28,339 nucleotides of DNA. Origin: Deltaproteobacteria bacterium (GTDB lineage: Bacteria > Myxococcota_A > Polyangia > Fen-1088). The notes beneath the pieces were generated by a model. That model was given only the letters and a program-made list of their open reading frames with translations. It searched no databases and had not been told where the DNA came from. Location: NCBI GenBank assembly GCA_033763315.1, contig JANRKS010000030.1:1-28339 (forward strand). Reading direction: 5' to 3'. A program made the position numbers and the translations under genes. Positions 28,208-28,339 of this stretch are shown in pieces (within the stretch, counting starts at the first letter, position 1; each line of letters starts with the position of its first letter).

Positions 28208-28324
28208 GCGCACCGGGGTTGGGGCCGCACCACCGGGGTTGGGGGCCGCACCGGGGTTGGGGGCCGCACCGGGGTTGGGGCCGCACCGGGGTTGGGGGGG
28301 GTTGGGGCCGCACCGGGGTTGGGG
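28208..28324. repeat. G-rich tandem repeat, unit approximately CCGCACCGGGGTTGGGG(G)
   Basis: CACCGGGGTTGGGG starts at 28211, 28231, 28249, 28267, 28284 and 28311, plus one extra TTGGGG. G-run lengths vary from 4 to 8. Confidence 0.9.
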
Positions 28325-28339
28325 CATGGCTCTGGGGGT

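Noticed and set aside
28169-28327. Pro/Gly-rich N-terminal extension of the HIT ORF
   Set aside because: It is only a translation of the irregular G-rich repeat; HIT homology begins at MADTIF (28168).

Overview
High-GC chromosomal segment whose gene content (FHA-domain sigma54 activator, PEGA/TPR-linked Ser/Thr kinases, Cys-rich lipoprotein, FHA-GGDEF) points to Myxococcota; this is inference. About 24 CDS; I saw no rRNA, tRNA, CRISPR array or mobile element. Housekeeping genes (argB, argC, a DUF619-type N-acetylglutamate synthase, xseB, ispA, gluQ, ppx/gppA, gnd, HIT, Slt) are interleaved with dense signalling. Best candidate for an undescribed system is 200-4006: paired enhancer-like palindromes and a sigma54 promoter precede a small secreted protein built almost entirely of 13-aa DEKKK repeats, with its own terminator, followed by a HAMP histidine kinase and an NtrC-family activator. 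It looks like an envelope-stress module with a polyampholyte effector. Also notable: a kinase/TPR/Cys-rich lipoprotein module between argC and argB, two FHA-domain outputs (sigma54 activator with a degenerate GGDEF domain; DgcB-like cyclase), an apparently kinase-dead NAGS, an IspA lacking the GK loop, and a GGGGTTGGGG tandem repeat at the right end. All assignments come from reading motifs by eye; no searches were run.
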